A stretch of DNA of 64,000 nt from Anthoceros angustus (Eukaryota > Plantae > Anthocerotophyta), in NCBI GenBank assembly GCA_010909165.1, contig VJWM01000192.1, positions 357,411 to 421,410 on the forward strand. Reading direction: 5' to 3'. Of the stretch, positions 44,784 through 57,222 are shown piece by piece. The notes beneath the pieces are model-generated. The model saw only the letters and a program-made list of their open reading frames with translations, had not been told where the DNA came from and made no database searches. Both the position numbers and the translations under genes were made by a program. The first letter of the stretch is position 1. Each line of letters opens with the position of its first letter.

Positions 44784-47392
44784 TGAGGTTCTCGTGTTTA
44801 CTTGAGCAGTAGGCGGGTTCGCGAAGTACTGGGTTCAGGGGTTTTAGCGTGTATTTACACATAAATGCTCAAGATACTTGCAATGAGTGGGAGTGTTAAA
44901 AATAACCCGCTTAGTTATTTGGACATTGCATGGTATCTTTGGGTTAGCTTAATATAGGTAGGTTAGCTCTGGTAGTTATAACCGTCACGAAAGACTTTGC
45001 TTATGTATTGTTCTCACTTTGTTTTGTTCAATTCTGGGATTCTAGCATACAAACGTATTGAGCGATGTGTGTTAGAATATGTTACAAGGGTCTACAAGAA
45101 AACGCGGTATCCACCCCAAAAGAAAGATGCTTTAACATGATAATTTTTGAAGGGGGTGAATAATCTCGAAGGGGGTTTTCCGTAAATAATCTCTGAAGGG
45201 GGTTTTTGATGGGCCCTAAAACAGCGTTTTTAAGGCATTCCGGAAAACATCTCCGAAAAAAAGGGTGTCACCCACTAAAGTTCATACTTTCCATCCAGCA
45301 ATGTTTTTGTCGAATGGTGGTTGCAAACTCGAACCTATGGGATTAATGCAAAGTAGGAACAGTAAGGAAGGCCGTTCCTGCCGGGAAGGGACGACCGTAA
45401 ATTCAGTTTTGGGAGGAAAATGTGGTTTAGTAAGGACACAACAAAAGCCACGGACAGGGTATTTCCAAAACACAGTAACATTTGGAACCAAACGTTCAAC
45501 ATTCACGTTGGGACCCCGGGACAAACCGTGATTTCAGTTTCACTCATCACCAGAGTTTAATCCTTCATCATCACTTGGTCCAGCTTCTCCAGAATTGTCA
45601 TCACTATCTTGACACTTTGATTTCATGTTGTATGAAGCCGCGCCTTCATGAGCTTATCCCTTATCGCTTTTTGTCCACTTTACATGTTTAGTCGTTCAAC
45701 ACAAACCCATGTCTGAGGATGGTTGTTTCATTCACAAACACCTCTTGTATGTTTTTGGGTAATGGACCTTATTCCCTTTTTCCTCGGCATCGGACGGATG
45801 GGTTGGCTCTGACGGACTATGATGTTCTACATATCTCCTTAAATGCGCATCTGTGTGCTCGGTCCGATACCGGTGGATAAGAAAGTGAGGTGGTGCATCT
45901 AGCTTCGTCAATGACTCTCCCAATCCGAATGGCACATTATGTGTCCATAGTGCAGCCTTTGGAAACATCCTTCAAGATTTCCATTATGTCCCCATTCATC
46001 TGCATTCCACTATTGCCTTCCGGCATTTTGATATGCCCCAAGTACATATCACGCTGTGGGAGGTCCCTCAATAATGCCTCATCTAGCAAAGCTTCATCCG
46101 CACTTGAAGTGGGTGTATGATCCATACGCACGTGAAAACCACTTCCAAGGACTGTAGCACTAGCCCAATGTTATTCTCCACAATGATAGCAATCTCCTTC
46201 CGGTCCACCCAAAAGGCTTCCCACCACTTGTACTCTTCAGCATCACCTATGGGCGCAAATCTTTTAACCCTTCCAAATGGGCCACACCTTCCATCGGTGA
46301 TAGGATACCCCTTCTTGTCCCCTAGCTTCACCCGCATGCACCGTAGGATGGTGCTAAGGGAGGTGAGCCGGCCGCCTCCCTGCATGCCGCCGTGGGCGGT
46401 GCCTCCCCTAACACACCACCTTGTGGGCGTGGCGGCTCCCCAACCACGCCCCCATGGGCGGCCGGCGCCTCCCCTGACCCGGCCATGGGCTCCTCATGGT
46501 CTTCAAGAAAATATATTTAGCTCAAGATTGCAATTTGGGACCGTTGGTCAAGTGTTTGGGAAACAAGTGTAGTAATGAGTATGATTCGTGTTCAAAATCC
46601 ATATCTCCTTAAAACCTCAATTTTGTTGATTTTAAGGATGCTTGCATGGGCGCATGGGCAACTAACTTTGTTCATTTTAAGTGGCATTGCCTTAAAGCCC
46701 AAGTGGTTGCATTGAGTGCGAAGGTTGAAGACCACGATTGGCGACCTTTTGGATGAGAGAGACGCTAGATCTTTGTGTGGCGATCGACAGGTCGGCCGAG
46801 CCCAAGAATGGTACTATTGAAGGCGAGCAAGCAATGGAGAGCGACAACTTTGAGGCGGAGGATATGGACCGCCTCGAATATGGCGGTGGTACTTGACTCA
46901 ATTCGGCAGGCATGGATGAGTCGCCGGCACTCTTGAATGACTATTGTCGATCTTGATGACCACTTCCTCCTTTAGCAATTGTTTGTTGCAATGTTCTCAC
47001 GACCATTGAAATAAGACTCCGCTAATGCGGATTGTTTTCATTGTGTTCCACCACTTGAAAGTAAAAGTTTTCGGTTGTAATAAACATATGAAAATGGCAG
47101 CCCTCTATGCATTCTACAAAAGCAGACACACACCCTATTGTGCTCGGTTTGGTGTAGACTTGAAAGTCGTCCTTTATCACGGTATGACCTCGAGAAAGGT
47201 GTGTGAATTATCAAAGTAGGGCACATATCTTTGTTCTAGGAAAGGTGTTCTTAAGTGACAAGAAGTCTTGTCTCTCGACCAAAGAGGGTTATTATATTCT
47301 CCCCCTTCAAAAATTATCGTGTTCTTTACTAGAGCAGCCCCTGCCCTCTTATACTACGCCCAAAGGCAGCGTCTTTATTACACTCCTATTCT

Positions 47393-50300
47393 GAGATGAT
47401 GTCAAGCTCAGTGTGCCCTAGCCTTCCGCCCACTATTCCCCTTAGCCAGCCTATCTACGTCGTCGGCGGTGGGGCTGGGAGTGCCCATGATTCCGCCCCG
47501 GCGTTGGTGGCCCAATCCCTGGTCCTGACAGTTGCGGCGCGCCCAATCGGATAATCCACGAGGCGGGGCCCCTTCCCCTTCCCGAGACCCTGTCAGATTG
47601 AGCTACCGGCGGCGGCCTGACAAGCGCAGTGACCACCAAATCCTCTTCCTCTCCCCCTCTTAACTCACTGGTGGGTCCCTGCTCTGCGGGTCCACCAGGA
47701 GATTGCTCCGCCTGGGCAGGCTGGTGATGATCCCCCCTCTCCTCCTGAGTCCGGTCCTCGGGGTCCGGCCTTGCTTCCGGAGTCCGGACCTCAGGGTCCG
47801 GTCTCGTCTCCGGAGTCCGGACCTCAGGGTCCAGACTCGCGGGTCCCTGAACTCCCTCACCCAGAGCACTCCCCGGGGGTCCGTCCTCGCTCACCGGACC
47901 CCCTACCTGTCTTGGGTCTCCCTGGGCTTCTCCTTCTTTGACCCCCTCGAGGTCCTCCTCCCTTTCCTTCCCTGGTGGGGTGCGACGGACTTACCTCATA
48001 TCCGGTGGTGTCCGCCGTATCCCGCTCCTCCTGATGCTCCCCCTCTCCGCTGCTGCTCTCATCTCCGAACAGCGCTCCCAGGGTCCCGGTGGCAGCACTA
48101 TCCCCGGGGCCTTCGTCTCGCCCCCCTCCCTCTGATCCTTCCGGCGGTCCTTCAATCTGCCGGAGGTGAGACAGGACCTCCAGTGCCTTGAGGAGCTCTG
48201 AGTGGTAGTAGGCAAAGTCTGAATCGACTTGTTGAATTGCCTCCTCCACATGAGCCCGGAGCACCCGGTACTCCCTCCTCCAAAGGTGCTCCGGTAGTTG
48301 GGCGTCTTTGGTTGGCCCGCCGTCCGTCTCCACCGCAAGGCCGCCAATTGGAGTCTGCCGAGTCTCTCGAGGCCGCCAAGGCTGCCTCCGCCACTTCCTG
48401 CAGCCTCTGCTGCACATGCTCCTCCTCCGTCCGTAGTTCGCCAACTTCGCCATGGCGCGATGTTCCCCCTCTGCTTTCCGCAACCGGACCAGCAGCTTCT
48501 GCTCCTCTCTCAGAGCCCTCTCTCTGCCATCCATCCTGGCCTGGAGGGCCACCATCTCTCTTTCCAGGCGGTCCGGCAGCTCCGCCCGGCCCCTGGCTTC
48601 CTCCAAGTCCTTCTCTAGTTCGGCGATGTCCTGCTCCTTACTTTGCCGTCGACTCTCCTCCGCCCTCCAACAGAGCTGGAGTCGCTCTATCTCGAGCTCG
48701 TGGTCCATGATTCTCCCTTGGAGAATTCCATTTCGTTCCACGGTTTCCTGGAGCTGTAGCTCCAGGGTCTCCTTGCGATCCTCCAGCTCCTGGCGCCGCT
48801 CCTCCGTCCCTTGCAGCTTCCCTCCATCTCCCGGGTGCTGGCCTCCCTCTCTTCTTCACGGCTTGCCCGTGCTTGCTCCGCCGCCACCTGCTCGGCCTTC
48901 AGGTTGGCCGCGGCTGCTCCCGCCGTCTCCCTCCACCGGTTCCGGTCCCGCCGGTAGTGGTCCCTGTCCGTCTTCGCCGCGGCCTCGGCCTCCCGCGCCC
49001 CTTTCACCTGAGCCTCCCAGGCTTGGTGTTGCTCTTGCCGAGCCGCCTCGGCCAGGTCCTTGGCCCTTTTCGCCTGCCTCCGGGCCTCCTCTGCTTCCTC
49101 CTGGGCCGCTTCCCTCCGTCTGCAAAGGTCCTCTGCCTTTGCTCGTGCCTCCTGCGATTACTTCAGCTGTTCACACAGCTGAAGGATCCTGGCCCGGTCC
49201 TGTTGAGCGGACCTTGCCTCCGACTCCGCCGCTCGGCGCTTCTCCTCCTCGACCCTCGCGAGGGTTTCCGCCTTCCTCTTGGCCACTTGGGCCGCCTCCG
49301 CTTGACCCTGGAGCTCCACCATCCGTCTTCTGGTGGCCTCTACCTCCTGGTCTTCGCTGCCCGAGACCCCAGAGCATTCCGTCCATGACGCACGAGCACC
49401 CTCTGGTCTCTTCCACGGCGCGGGGAAATTCCGTGAAGTCCACCGCGGCCTCGGCCTCCGCGCCCTTTCACTGAGCCTCCCGGGCTTGGTGTTGCTCTTG
49501 CCGAGCCGCCTCGGCCGGTCATAGCCCTTTCGCTGCCTCCGGGCCTCCTCCTGCTTCCTCTGGGCGCTTCCCTCCGTCGCAAGGTCCTCTGCCTTTGCTC
49601 GTGCCTCTGCGATTACTTGCCACCACATTTGAAGGATCTAACCAGTCTGAGCGGACCTTGCCTCCTCCGCCGCTCGGCGCTTCTCCTCCTCGACCCTCGC
49701 GAGGTTTCCGCCTTCCTCTTGGCCACTTGGGCGCCTCCGCTTGACCACGGGCTCCACCATCCTCTTGGTGGCCTCTACCTCCTGGTCTTCTCTGCCCGTT
49801 CGAGCATTCCGTCCATGGCGGTGTGCGAGCACCCTCTGGTCTCTTCCACGGTACGGCGAGGGAAATTCCCGTGAAGTCCACCGCGGCCTCGGGTACCGGT
49901 CCCGATCACATCACCACCGATCGAGGCGGACTAGGGACTCCGGACCCAATCAGGACCCTCAAGTCCTCAGTGTTCTAATCCGGAGCTTCCACCTTCTTGG
50001 CCCTCTTGGCCGCTAGCTCCTTCTCCGCCCGCCTTCTCTTGGGGCTCGGAGGTGGTGAGGGTGGGGCGGCTCTCTGCCCCTCACAGTTGGTGGCGAGCGG
50101 GCTCGGTGGGGTTCTTGCGGTGTCCTCCGCCCCACAGGCCTTTGAAGGATCGTATGGCAAAACATGATGGTGGAAAGAGGAGAGGAGAGGAGGAGGCAAG
50201 TGTAACTCTCTCACATTGAGATGAGGCTTTGGAGGGTATTTATACCCTCCACCAGGGCTCCCTAGGAAGCTCCACAAGAAGCCCCTAGGAAGGAGCACAA

Positions 50301-52170
50301 GAAGCTTCCTAGTGATTAGCTTTAACTAAACAAATGATACTTAACTGACACCTAACTTAGACTAAGTGTATTAGTCTAAGTACATTGGGCTTTAATACCC
50401 TTACAGCCACATCCCTCTCCGCCCTCCTTACGGCCTCCCACTTCCCCGCCACTCCGCCGGCAGGCAGAGACCGTGCGATCTGGCCACATGAGCGTCTTCC
50501 TCCTCTTTACCTCCCGCCTAGTCCGGCGGGGTTGGGCCGGGCGTTGTGGGCTCTTGGCTCCTGGTGCGCGACCACCAACTCCTCCTGTTGCAACCTCCTC
50601 CCGTGGCAGGTGCTCGGTGGAGGGACTAAAAGGAGGGAAGCGGGAATTTCTTCCCACACTTCCCGGGGTGGCGAGGGGGTCCGTTCCAGGCGTATGGAGT
50701 CCGGAATCCCCTCCCAATCCTCCTCCTCCAGGACTCGCCTGGCCTTGGAAGGGCGGCCCTTCGCCTCCGGCGCTCTCCCCTCGCGCTCCGCCTCAAGCAG
50801 GGCCACCAGACCCTTCCGGAGTGCCCGCTCTTCCTCTCCCTCCTTCAGAAGGTTCAGGTGCCCCCACACATGGATGATGAACGGCGATAACGCCGACGAG
50901 GGCGGCTTCTCGCTCCGCAGCTTCCTGGCCTCCTGGTTGATCCTGGCGAAGATGATTCTTCCCCAGTTGGCCCTCTTCCCTCTTTGTAGGGCGTGGAGGA
51001 ATACCAGCAAGTTGTCACCAAGGTGGTCCACCTTGGTGAGCATATTCCAGTGGACAATGATCTTCGCCACCGCCTCACCCCGCGGTCCGGGCATCGACCA
51101 CCCGTTGGAGGACTGCTGCGTTCCCGGCCTCAAGAGCGCCGCCCTTGCCGCTTCCACCTTCCTCTTCACCTTAAGGGGCTCTGGGACTACGCCCCCAACT
51201 TCCTCCGCTGGGCGGTTGTAAACCGCCCGGACCTCTGATCCATCTCTTGGGGTCCTCCTCGATTCTTGAGTGGACCTCCTTGTTGGCCACCGCCAGCATC
51301 TTCCGGCGTATTCCCGGACTAGGGCGACGCCGAAAGTCGACACTGGAAGATATCCAGTGCCGACCCTCCACGACTCCCTCCGCCTCCGCCCGGCCGAGTG
51401 CGAAATCCGGGTAGCGTTTGGTGACGATGTTCCGTTCCACCAGGCGCCAGGGTTCCCAGACCTCCGCCGCCTTCTTGGGCCCCATTGTTGTGCGCCTCTT
51501 GGTCTGCTGTTGTGGCTTGAGGCTAAACAATTCTCCTTCTTCCCTCCGCCGCGTCGAACGCTTCGTTCGCAAAAGTGAGCCGCTCGCAATTGCGCTCGGA
51601 CGCTCAAAAAGACAGCGCCAGAGAGCAGGGTGTCTGAGCGCAAGAGACTGCGAAAACTGCCGCGAAGTCGCTCGGGAGAATGACCTTCATTCGGGGCCAA
51701 AGCGTCGGGAGTAACCGAAGCGCGGGGGGCGTCCCTTCGCTGCCCGTAACTGTCAGAGTCCTGCATGGCTTACTCTAGCTTTACGCTGCCGCCGCCGCTC
51801 GCGTACTCTAGCCTTACTCTGGCGCATGTACGGGCGTGAGTACACGCCCACACGCCATCGGCAACCCTACGGTCCCAGTCCGTGCATGTCATCACCTCTC
51901 AAGACTGCCCACGTGGCCCCTCTTGCCAAAGTACGGCCCCCGTTCCAAAGTTACCCTTCCTGACGTACTTATTGTGGCTTACTTCGGAGTGCAGTCCGGA
52001 CTCACCGCGATCTACTCCGGAGTGCAGTCCGGAGTCCCCTGTCTACTCCGGAGTGAGGTCCGGAGTCACCCCGCCTACTCCTAAGTGAGGTCCGGAGTCA
52101 CCTTATTACCCACCCTGGCCTTATTTCCTGTCTTATTTCTCACTCCACACCAAAAAAAAACAAAAAAACT
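47393..52170 (-). mobile_element. Unclassified repeat element with two ORFs and a T-tract end; no RT or transposase seen
   Basis: ORF1 runs ~51485-50507 (MGPKK.., LLVFLHALQRGKRANWGRIIFARI..SALSPFIIHVW, resembling plant-transposon accessory domains). ORF2 runs ~50200-47451 and is a frameshifted coiled-coil/Glu-Arg-rich ORF. TCCGGA-rich repeats occur near both ends. The left boundary is approximate. Confidence 0.6.
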
Positions 52171-54505
52171 AGCTCATTACCTTTCTAAGGGGGAGAGCCT
52201 ACGGTCCACAGTTGCCTTCAAATAGTACTTCCTAGGCATGAAAATCATGGTCGAGACTAATTCCTTCTCCCAATCTTTGTTCCGTAGCCGGTGATCGACT
52301 GTCTTTTCGATGGAGGCCCCATTTCTTGTAGGGTTGTAGGCTTGAATACTTCTCTGATATAGTGCACATTTTTTGTCTCAGCTTACATCCGCTCTTCCAA
52401 CAATTATTGTTTATGCTTGATGGCTTTGGGTCTTATCAGACTATAGTCTGATAAGATGATGGCAATAACGATAATCATCTTCACAATCTGTGTTCCATTG
52501 ATTTGACTTCCTCTAGAATATAGCGTACCGCTTGCTTCTGAAATTCTTCTTGTACCTCAACTGTCTACATGTTGTAATGAAGTTCCACCACTATTAAGGG
52601 CCCGTTTCGATCACGCATTGTTGCTGCCAATTGGGTGACATCCAGTTAGTAGTAAGGGAAGTTATGGCCAGTGGTGCACCTCATAAGCATGCCTGCTGAA
52701 GTTTCTTTTGGGAAGAGTTTATGGCAACTCGGCCTGATTGCGAGCAATCGGGTTTACTCGATCAGGCCCAGCGGCTGCTCGAAACAAGTGGCCGCTTATC
52801 TACCTTGTTCGGTGCGGTGCAACATGTCTCCAACTCAGTACAAATTGAAAGAGAAAAAAAATGGTAGATGGTTGGTGTCGCCGTTGGCATAATATATACT
52901 TGCACATATATATCCAATATTTGACATCATATGATGAATATATTTTATTTTTAATAAAAAAAATATGATGTATTCCATTGCCTATTGCTTGTGTATGCAG
53001 GGGGATGATAATCAAATCCAGCTGCCTCCTGCACCCCGACTCTGGCAGTGAAATTGGGGTGGAATTGATTGACCCTATTATAGCGGTCTGCAATTCCTCA
53101 AAAATAGGTGCTGGCAATCGAGAAAGGTGCACCCCTCCACCCCCCCCAGGGCGGGGGTGCACATATATCAATTGAATAAGAATTTCACAATTAAGCAGCG
53201 TGCGGGCGGATTAGTATTGAGATGCGTGCCATTCCCTTGGTGGTTTGAAAAAGTTCTAAATTGTCCCACTATGTAGGCGCACCGGCCTCTCTCATGCGAG
53301 ATTTAAAGTGCAAGATTTCCTACTTCGTATGATTATGATGTCCAAAAGAGGGTTCATCGATTTCTAGGAATTTTCCATCTATGGATGTAACCATCATCTT
53401 CAGAGCACGGAGACGAGAACGCGGATGGGCATCTTCACTCGGTGAAGGAAATTAGCAAAGAGGCACGTTGAGCAAACTTTACCATGGATGCATGACAAGT
53501 CCATGGACATCATCACAAAAAATCACCACAATCAAAGGCCAGGAACATGCTCATCAGAATTTCCAGACAGAAAATTGAGCCATTCAAGAACATGCTCATC
53601 AGAAGCTCAACATAATTTTTAGACAGAAAAAAGAAGTTTCATTTTAAACACTGCCGTTTAAGAAAAATAAAACGGGAACATGCTGACCTGGCCCATGCTA
53701 CCTACAAAACCGGCCTTAGGGGCCCATGCGACCGCCTCTTGCCGGGCCCGCCCCTAGCTAATAAGGGATGATGACCTTAGGCAAGAAAGACATTGGAGGG
53801 CCATCGTGGCGGCAAACCGGTGGGATATAACCTAGCCTTGTTTCAAAGCATATTCCAGAAGTCTCGCTTTCTTAGGGCATGAATGTGGACACCCTAAAAA
53901 TCCACATGTTCCCCACATTACCGGGCGCATGCATCTAAGGTCTGAGATGAAGAATCGATATAGAAACAATCCGGCAGCCCAGAACGCACCAAAAACCTCT
54001 CAAAGTGAGTAGGTTTGTGGGTTAAGTGACAATATCATGCATCCGGCCTGAAAAAAGATTACCGTACCCCAAAAGGGTGATTCGATATTAATTAATTAAA
54101 ATTTATAAAATTTAAAATTTCAAAAATTACTATACTTAAAATGCCCAATGTGTAAAAGTTTACAAATTTAAGATGCCGAAAATAAGGAAACTAGGATTTG
54201 TGTTAGAGCGGGGAGGTCTATACATATCTATTGATTTTATATAGATACCTATGTATTCTAATAAAATTTTAAAATATAAATATTTATATTGAACCTTATT
54301 TTTTCAAAAAATAATTATTTCGGCATTACCCTGTTGAACCACCCCACGGGGGTTCGGTACGCTTTCCGAGGCATTCTCAACACAACGCCTACTAATACCC
54401 CAATAATTAGGAACGAGTATAAATCTAAATGTATCTAGCTATGTGCCATATCCAATGATGAAAAATGTCATCTGTGAGTCCCCCGCTCGCTTAGACCCTG
54501 CTCAT

Positions 54506-57036
54506 TTAGCCATCGAGGGCACTGTATTGCCAGGGATCAAATTTCGTCGGTACTTCGTACTCCTGGCTTGCCGCTTCCACCGCAGCACGGTGCTCGCCGT
54601 ACTTGTGAGTGAACTCGTACACTTCCAGGTCACCCCAAGGAGTGGATGCAATTTCCCCACTCATCCTAAACCACCGGGGCACAAATTCTTCCCTCTTCTC
54701 TTCTCGGAGTCTTTTTTCTGTCCGTTGCTGTTCTTCGAGCCTGCCCATAACAAATATCCGCCAGTAATCAGCGTCCCCTTCACTTTGGCAATCCGTAGCC
54801 CGCTCAAAGCAGTACAAGAGCCACACACCTTGTTTTCTCAGAACCTGCCTCCTTATCACCCTTCTCCAAATGAAGTCTATCGGGTCGAAGACGGGAATCA
54901 GAAGGAAGCAACCCTCTTGGAGCAGTTTCAAAACTATTTATTTTGTGGGCAAACGACGTGAAGTCATACTTGTTGTCGCCCTGAGGTGTTGGTGCAACCC
55001 TCCACACCTGGTTTACAACAGAAAAGCTGTGAGAAGCCAGCGTTGATATGGTGAGTTGCTCAAAAAGTTTTATTTTACCTCCTGCTTACCTCCTGCAGTT
55101 CTGTGCTAGGAAGGGGCTCGCCATCCAAATCACAAGGTTGGCAAGACAAAGATGAATTCCATTTTCCCGTGACAAGGATCTGAGGTTCTTCATTCCTGTT
55201 GTACACATAGCCATCAACCTCATAGCGACCAGCTCTGCAGGGCCAAACATATTTTTAGCAGCGAGAATGAATTGGAAACCAATAGACCAAACACGTGCAT
55301 GGGCAGACACCATCGTACTTCATGGTGAAGAAAAAATGCTTATGCTCAATCACCAGAATAACATACCCAAACCACCCACAGGCCTGGAAGCATAGCACCA
55401 CTTTATCTCCTGTCGTGAGATTAGTCAAGACCATTTCTCCGGGTGACTCAACCCATGTTCGTCCGAAAATGAGATTGTGCACTTTCGTGGGTGGCGGCAC
55501 CAGATCTAGCAACTCACCAGACCTCTTAAGGACAACCCTGGTCCTGCACAGATGTGATGGACAGTTGTTCTCTGTTTCTCCAAGAAAGCAGCAAGCCACC
55601 TCATATAAGCGATTTGATAGCAAGCTTCAGACCACATGGTTGTCCTGCAAATTTACCTTCCAAGAGGATACACGTCCACAGAATTGCCCAGGAATTTGGT
55701 CTTCAACTTAGAAGTCACATCATATGCGAAGTGCTTATTTTCCGCATGACCGGAACTCATCGGAGGATGATGACTAACCTGCACAGTTATCCAATGGCGC
55801 ATCAGACACCACAAGAGGGTGGGTTACTTCTTGACGGCCAGCTTTTACTTGCAGAGTGTCTACCTGCTCTGAAATGAAGGTGATGTCATTATGGTTCACC
55901 ATCTCATACGTTTCTCCCAAAATTGGGTTGAATGGTTTCCAGGTTCGTCGATATGCATAGTACACAGAGACCGCCCAGCTTGCTACATAAGAGAAGAGGA
56001 GGTACTTGTCAAAGTCAGTGATGACAACCACCGAGCAGGGTCACTAAAAAGGTACAGACACTCATCCTAGCCTAGCCTACTTACCGGCATACACGATCCT
56101 CATGTATGGGTCATCACACTCGTCAGCTTTGTTCAGGAGATCGGAGTATTCCATTAACTGCAGTCCGTTAAGCACAAATGAAACAAACTACAGAAGGAAA
56201 TAGCTGAGAGCATGGATAAATCAGATACAGATCTTCAGTCAGCCGTGGACCTAGAGCACCTTACCTCCGCCATCTTCTGGAGCATCGTCATTGGTTCGAA
56301 AATTCCAACAGGGAGCGTCACCATGGATGTCACATCTGACCCGATGTATTTATGCATCATCTTCCAGTAGCCCTCTCGCTCCTACATGTCCACAATAGCC
56401 ATCACACGGACACCGTGACTTTTAAGGAACATAGAGAACTACGTGTAGGTGAAGAAGAGGAGGAGGAAAAATTGTGACGTGGGATCCAAGAGCCGGCAGC
56501 TGACAACAGCCTCTCGTTCCAAGCATGAACCCCATGCCGTAAAAAAAAACCAATCGCTCACTCACATGCCAATCCAATTAATAAAAACGATTTCCTAAAC
56601 ACCAAACTAAACCTCGATTACAAGGGATGCAGGCACACTGTCAACACTTCTTGCTCTGGATGTAGACAAACGATCTCGTTAGGATGAGCAGGCTGCGATA
56701 CATAAAGCATAGAAGGATGAGCACCTCACCTCCTGCTCAAACCTCCCCCTGGCCGCCTCCTCTTCGGCATCATCTCCTCCCCCTTCAGGATTGACTACTT
56801 CTAGCCCTTCGTACCCCAGTAGACTGCAACGAACGAACGACACGGCGACGAGAGAAAGCATGTAAGTAGGTGGGTGCAGAGACCAGTGGAGCTGTGCCAG
56901 ATCGGGATCCCGCTGGTGAAGACGAATTATCCAACCTGTTGACGCCTTTGTGAACAGCGTTGCCAAAGCTAGTGATGCCTGAGGAAAGAGCGGCAAAGAA
57001 GCCGCCGCCTTGCCTCCTCCCTCCTGACCGACTCAT
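54506..57036 (-). CDS. ORP3: Oxysterol-binding-protein-related protein 3 (ORD-only), multi-exon
   Basis: [86 protein letters not shown] and TPWGDLEVY all match the plant ORP3 family. Confidence 0.95.
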
Positions 57037-57222
57037 GGCGAGCGAGCAGCAAAAGCCAAGCCAAGCCTCCCAAGGAGCGACCCGATACCGTACGTGCAGG
57101 GAGAGGCGGGCCGAGAAGAGGGCGCCCACCGGACCGACAGCGAAGGTGGGAACAATAAAGGCAAGGCAAAAACAATCTACGGATGTGAATCTATCTAGAC
57201 TAGGCCACTTCACCCGTCTTCT

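Larger units (their letters stand above)
36313..45086 (+). mobile_element. Full-length Ty1/Copia LTR retrotransposon (Copia-2) with 5-bp TSD
   Basis: LTRs at 36313-36504 and 44894-45086 (TG..CA). TSD AGGGT at 36308-36312 and 45087-45091. Degenerate Met PBS TAGTATCGAGC and PPT AATGAGTGGGAG. Gag-PR 37200-38561 (WFLDSGASNHMC), then integrase, RT and RNase H fragments to ~41560; RT/RH is duplicated at ~42603-43530. Confidence 0.96.

Noticed and set aside
45260-47390. Short ORFs and a CACTA pentamer suggesting a DNA transposon
   Set aside because: No matching TIR and no recognisable transposase motif.
48452-51221. Long plus-strand ORFs (48452-49474, 50385-51221)
   Set aside because: These are Ser/Pro/Leu-rich shadow frames antisense to GC-rich E/R-rich ORFs, with no protein-like motifs.
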